Shown in pieces: positions 61,915-64,000 of a stretch of DNA of 64,000 nt (positions are counted from its first letter, which is position 1; each line of letters begins with the position of its first letter). The notes under the pieces are model-generated. The model searched no databases. It saw nothing but the letters and a program-made list of their open reading frames with translations, and was not told the origin of the DNA. The position numbers and the translations under genes are program-made. The DNA lies in the IMG/VR virus record IMGVR_UViG_3300045961_000282, positions 1-64,000 of that record. The stretch is one strand, 5' to 3'.

Positions 61915-63741
61915 TCACGCGGTGCGCCATGACGCGTTGAGGACGATCCATGCGTCCGTGTTGATCGTGACGCTCGGGTTGCACATCATCTGAACCGTGC
62001 CGCTGGTCTCGAACGAAACCCTTCCCATCGCCCATGCTTCGGGATCGGCCCGGTTGGTCAATACCAGCGCGATCTGGTTCGCCAACTCCGCCGGGCGGTA
62101 CCCGACAGGAACGGTACACAGGACATTGTTGACGTTCCTACCTGTCGTCAACGCCGCGCCCGTCCTACGGAACAGGGCGGAGAAGATGACGATCTGCCCA
62201 ACCCGAGTTACCTTCGCTGCCGCATAGGCGCCCCAGTCTGGGGCATACGCACACTCGACCGTGCCCTTGCCTGCCATTTCGTCGGCGTACGCCTTGGTGG
62301 CCGCATCCTCAGCCACCGAGGGGGTCGCCACTTGGAGTTGGACGAGGTTGCCAAACCCTCCATCCTTGACCTGCATCCGGTTGTTCGACCCCAGACCAAT
62401 GGTTTGGAAGGACACGCCCGGCTTGTGGAACCGAATCCTCGGGTCGGCCGCGTTCTGCACCTCGAAGCCCAGTTGGGCAGTGTTGGTCAACTGCCCAGAC
62501 ATCGTGTCGCCAGTTTCGTTGACCTTACCTGCCAGTGCGGTGGAAACCGCATTCTGACTGGGCGCCTGATCGGTGATGGAGCCCGGAGACATGGAATTGA
62601 TAACTCTGCCGTTGGCATAGGCCTTTGAGGCGTTGACACTCATTGCCCTGTCGGTCTCAGATCCTGCCGAAGTGTTCAGGATTTTTCCGTCGACATATCC
62701 CTTAGTGGCAATTCCAAGATTCGTGGTTGGACTTCCGACAATTTCAATAAGACCAGTTTGATTGCTGATTCTCAAAGCATCGGTGGCCGACGCATAGTCC
62801 TTGCGCCACAGCCGGAACCGCACGTCGCCAGCATCTGCGCCGAGCGAGACTACCTGCGCCACCCACCCCCATCCATCGCGCGCCAACGTCAGGGCCGAAT
62901 CGCCAGTGGGGGACGCGACGGCAAGGGCGTTGGCGTGGCCGCTGGCATCTGCGGTTACTTCGAGTCGAGGGGTTCTCAAAGTTCCGGTCATGCTGTCGCC
63001 ATCGACGTTGACGTACCGCAGGTCGGCCTGCTCCAAGGTCAGACCGCCGCCCGAGTCATCGTCTGTGTCGACCCAGATCTCGATGTTCGGGTCGACAGGC
63101 TGTTCTGCGTCGACCCAGACCTCTTTGACTCCGCCGCCGCTGGATGCCGTGACCGGGATCCACATGTCGTGGTCGGTGGAGTAGACGTGGGTCTTCGCGT
63201 CGCCGTGGGTGACATTGAATACCCGGATGCCGAAGACCTCGCAGGTTGCGCCGCCAAGCAACTCGATGCCGAACTCCTGCGGGGCCTTGTGCATAGAGGT
63301 CAGGGATATGGTTTGTTCCTCGTCCTGAACCTCGGCGAGTTTCCCGCTGACGACGAAACTCTGGGAGACGCGCACCTCGCCAGTCACCTTGCGTACGTCG
63401 AACTCGACGTGGATCGCGTCGCCGTCCTGCCAGCCAGAGGCGTCGTACTGCGCCCGCGCAAGGCCCTTGCTCGCAGGGCCAGTCAGGCGCACCACTCCGC
63501 CGCCCAGAGTCGTCAGAGCGACAGAGTCATAGCCGAATCCAAAGTTCAGTCTCCACTGGGTGGCGTTGGCGCCCCAGCCTGCAGTGATCAGGTTCGGCGC
63601 GATGGGTTCGATCCACACCATGCCCGCGGCGTAGAACTCCGGCGCGCTGGTGCCCACGTAGGGCTCGGCTCCGGCATCCCCCGTCGACACGAGGGGAATC
63701 CACTGGTCCGTGACGGGATCGCGGTACCACAGTTTCGCCAT
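61915..63741 (-). CDS. long fibre protein with YRD tag
   Basis: MAKLWYRDP..QWIPL; GD.MTG; ATK.YVD repeats; P.GYRP tip domain. Confidence 0.85.
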   Translation of the reverse strand: MAKLWYRDPVTDQWIPLVSTGDAGAEPYVGTSAPEFYAAGMVWIEPIAPNLITAGWGANATQWRLNFGFGYDSVALTTLGGGVVRLTGPASKGLARAQYDASGWQDGDAIHVEFDVRKVTGEVRVSQSFVVSGKLAEVQDEEQTISLTSMHKAPQEFGIELLGGATCEVFGIRVFNVTHGDAKTHVYSTDHDMWIPVTASSGGGVKEVWVDAEQPVDPNIEIWVDTDDDSGGGLTLEQADLRYVNVDGDSMTGTLRTPRLEVTADASGHANALAVASPTGDSALTLARDGWGWVAQVVSLGADAGDVRFRLWRKDYASATDALRISNQTGLIEIVGSPTTNLGIATKGYVDGKILNTSAGSETDRAMSVNASKAYANGRVINSMSPGSITDQAPSQNAVSTALAGKVNETGDTMSGQLTNTAQLGFEVQNAADPRIRFHKPGVSFQTIGLGSNNRMQVKDGGFGNLVQLQVATPSVAEDAATKAYADEMAGKGTVECAYAPDWGAYAAAKVTRVGQIVIFSALFRRTGAALTTGRNVNNVLCTVPVGYRPAELANQIALVLTNRADPEAWAMGRVSFETSGTVQMMCNPSVTINTDAWIVLNASWRTA

Positions 63742-63822
63742 CAGGTGGGCTCCGATCCTCCAGTTCTGCCGCTCACCGCAGGGTATCGACGCCCACCGCT
63801 GCGGCGGCCCTCAAAACGCGAA

Positions 63823-64000
63823 TCAGCCGTTCAGCGGCACCCACCGCGTGCCGTTCCATGCCTTGGCATCCGAGCGCCAGCGGGTGCCGTTCCACATCTG
63901 GATCGGGTCCATCGCAACCCATGCAGAGCCGTTCCATGTCTTTGCTTCAGACTTGTCCTCGGGAACCTGTTGAGGCCCGGCCCATGTCGAGCCGGTGCCG
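63823..64000 (-). CDS. 3' end of WNG-repeat fibre-associated protein (truncated by window)
   Basis: KTWNGSAW..MWNGTRW..KAWNGTRW before TGA at 63823. Confidence 0.7.
   Translation of the reverse strand, partial: GTGSTWAGPQQVPEDKSEAKTWNGSAWVAMDPIQMWNGTRWRSDAKAWNGTRWVPLNG

Noticed and set aside
38912-63741. Diversity-generating retroelement acting on fibre tips
   Set aside because: No reverse transcriptase and no template/variable repeat pair differing only at adenines was seen in the window.
1-64000. Genome-wide TGA reassignment (prompted by in-frame TGAs before the lysin and deaminase)
   Set aside because: TGA is the dominant true stop, as dozens of ATGA/GTGA gene overlaps show.

Overview
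This is a 64 kb segment of a large, GC-rich actinobacterial tailed phage genome, mostly transcribed on the minus strand. I saw no rRNA, tRNA, CRISPR array, integrase, reverse transcriptase, capsid, portal or large terminase. Layout: (1) 0.4-4.1 kb: DNA methyltransferase and a GHKL-type ATPase. (2) ~4-24 kb: about 60 small, translationally coupled genes. Roughly 30 of them (~7.0-21.7 kb) are built from the same five short modules (His/Cys mini-motif, ARERAIEAG, EPIIRADER, DLRAKVEAL, VLALLDEEA) separated by unrelated variable segments. Several modules are nearly identical at DNA level, and the last module also supplies the ribosome-binding site of the next gene. (3) 24-36.5 kb: accessory and replication genes (deaminase, secreted polysaccharide deacetylase, SSB-like, RHH-MazG fusion, Rpf-like transglycosylase, SPFH, primase-helicase, endonuclease VII). 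A BldC-like regulator and a second MazG-like gene lie in region 2. (4) 36.5-64 kb: M23 endolysin with no canonical start codon, an SSAP plus an intein-containing Cas4-like exonuclease, a thioester-domain-like secreted protein, a small-terminase-like gene, an HNH gene, and more than 20 fibre/appendage genes. Twelve of these share an N-terminal (L/I)x(Y/I/V)(R/K/W)D...W/F tag. The best candidates for an undescribed system are the shuffled micro-gene array and the tagged fibre kit. All functional calls come from motif reading by eye; no database searches were run.
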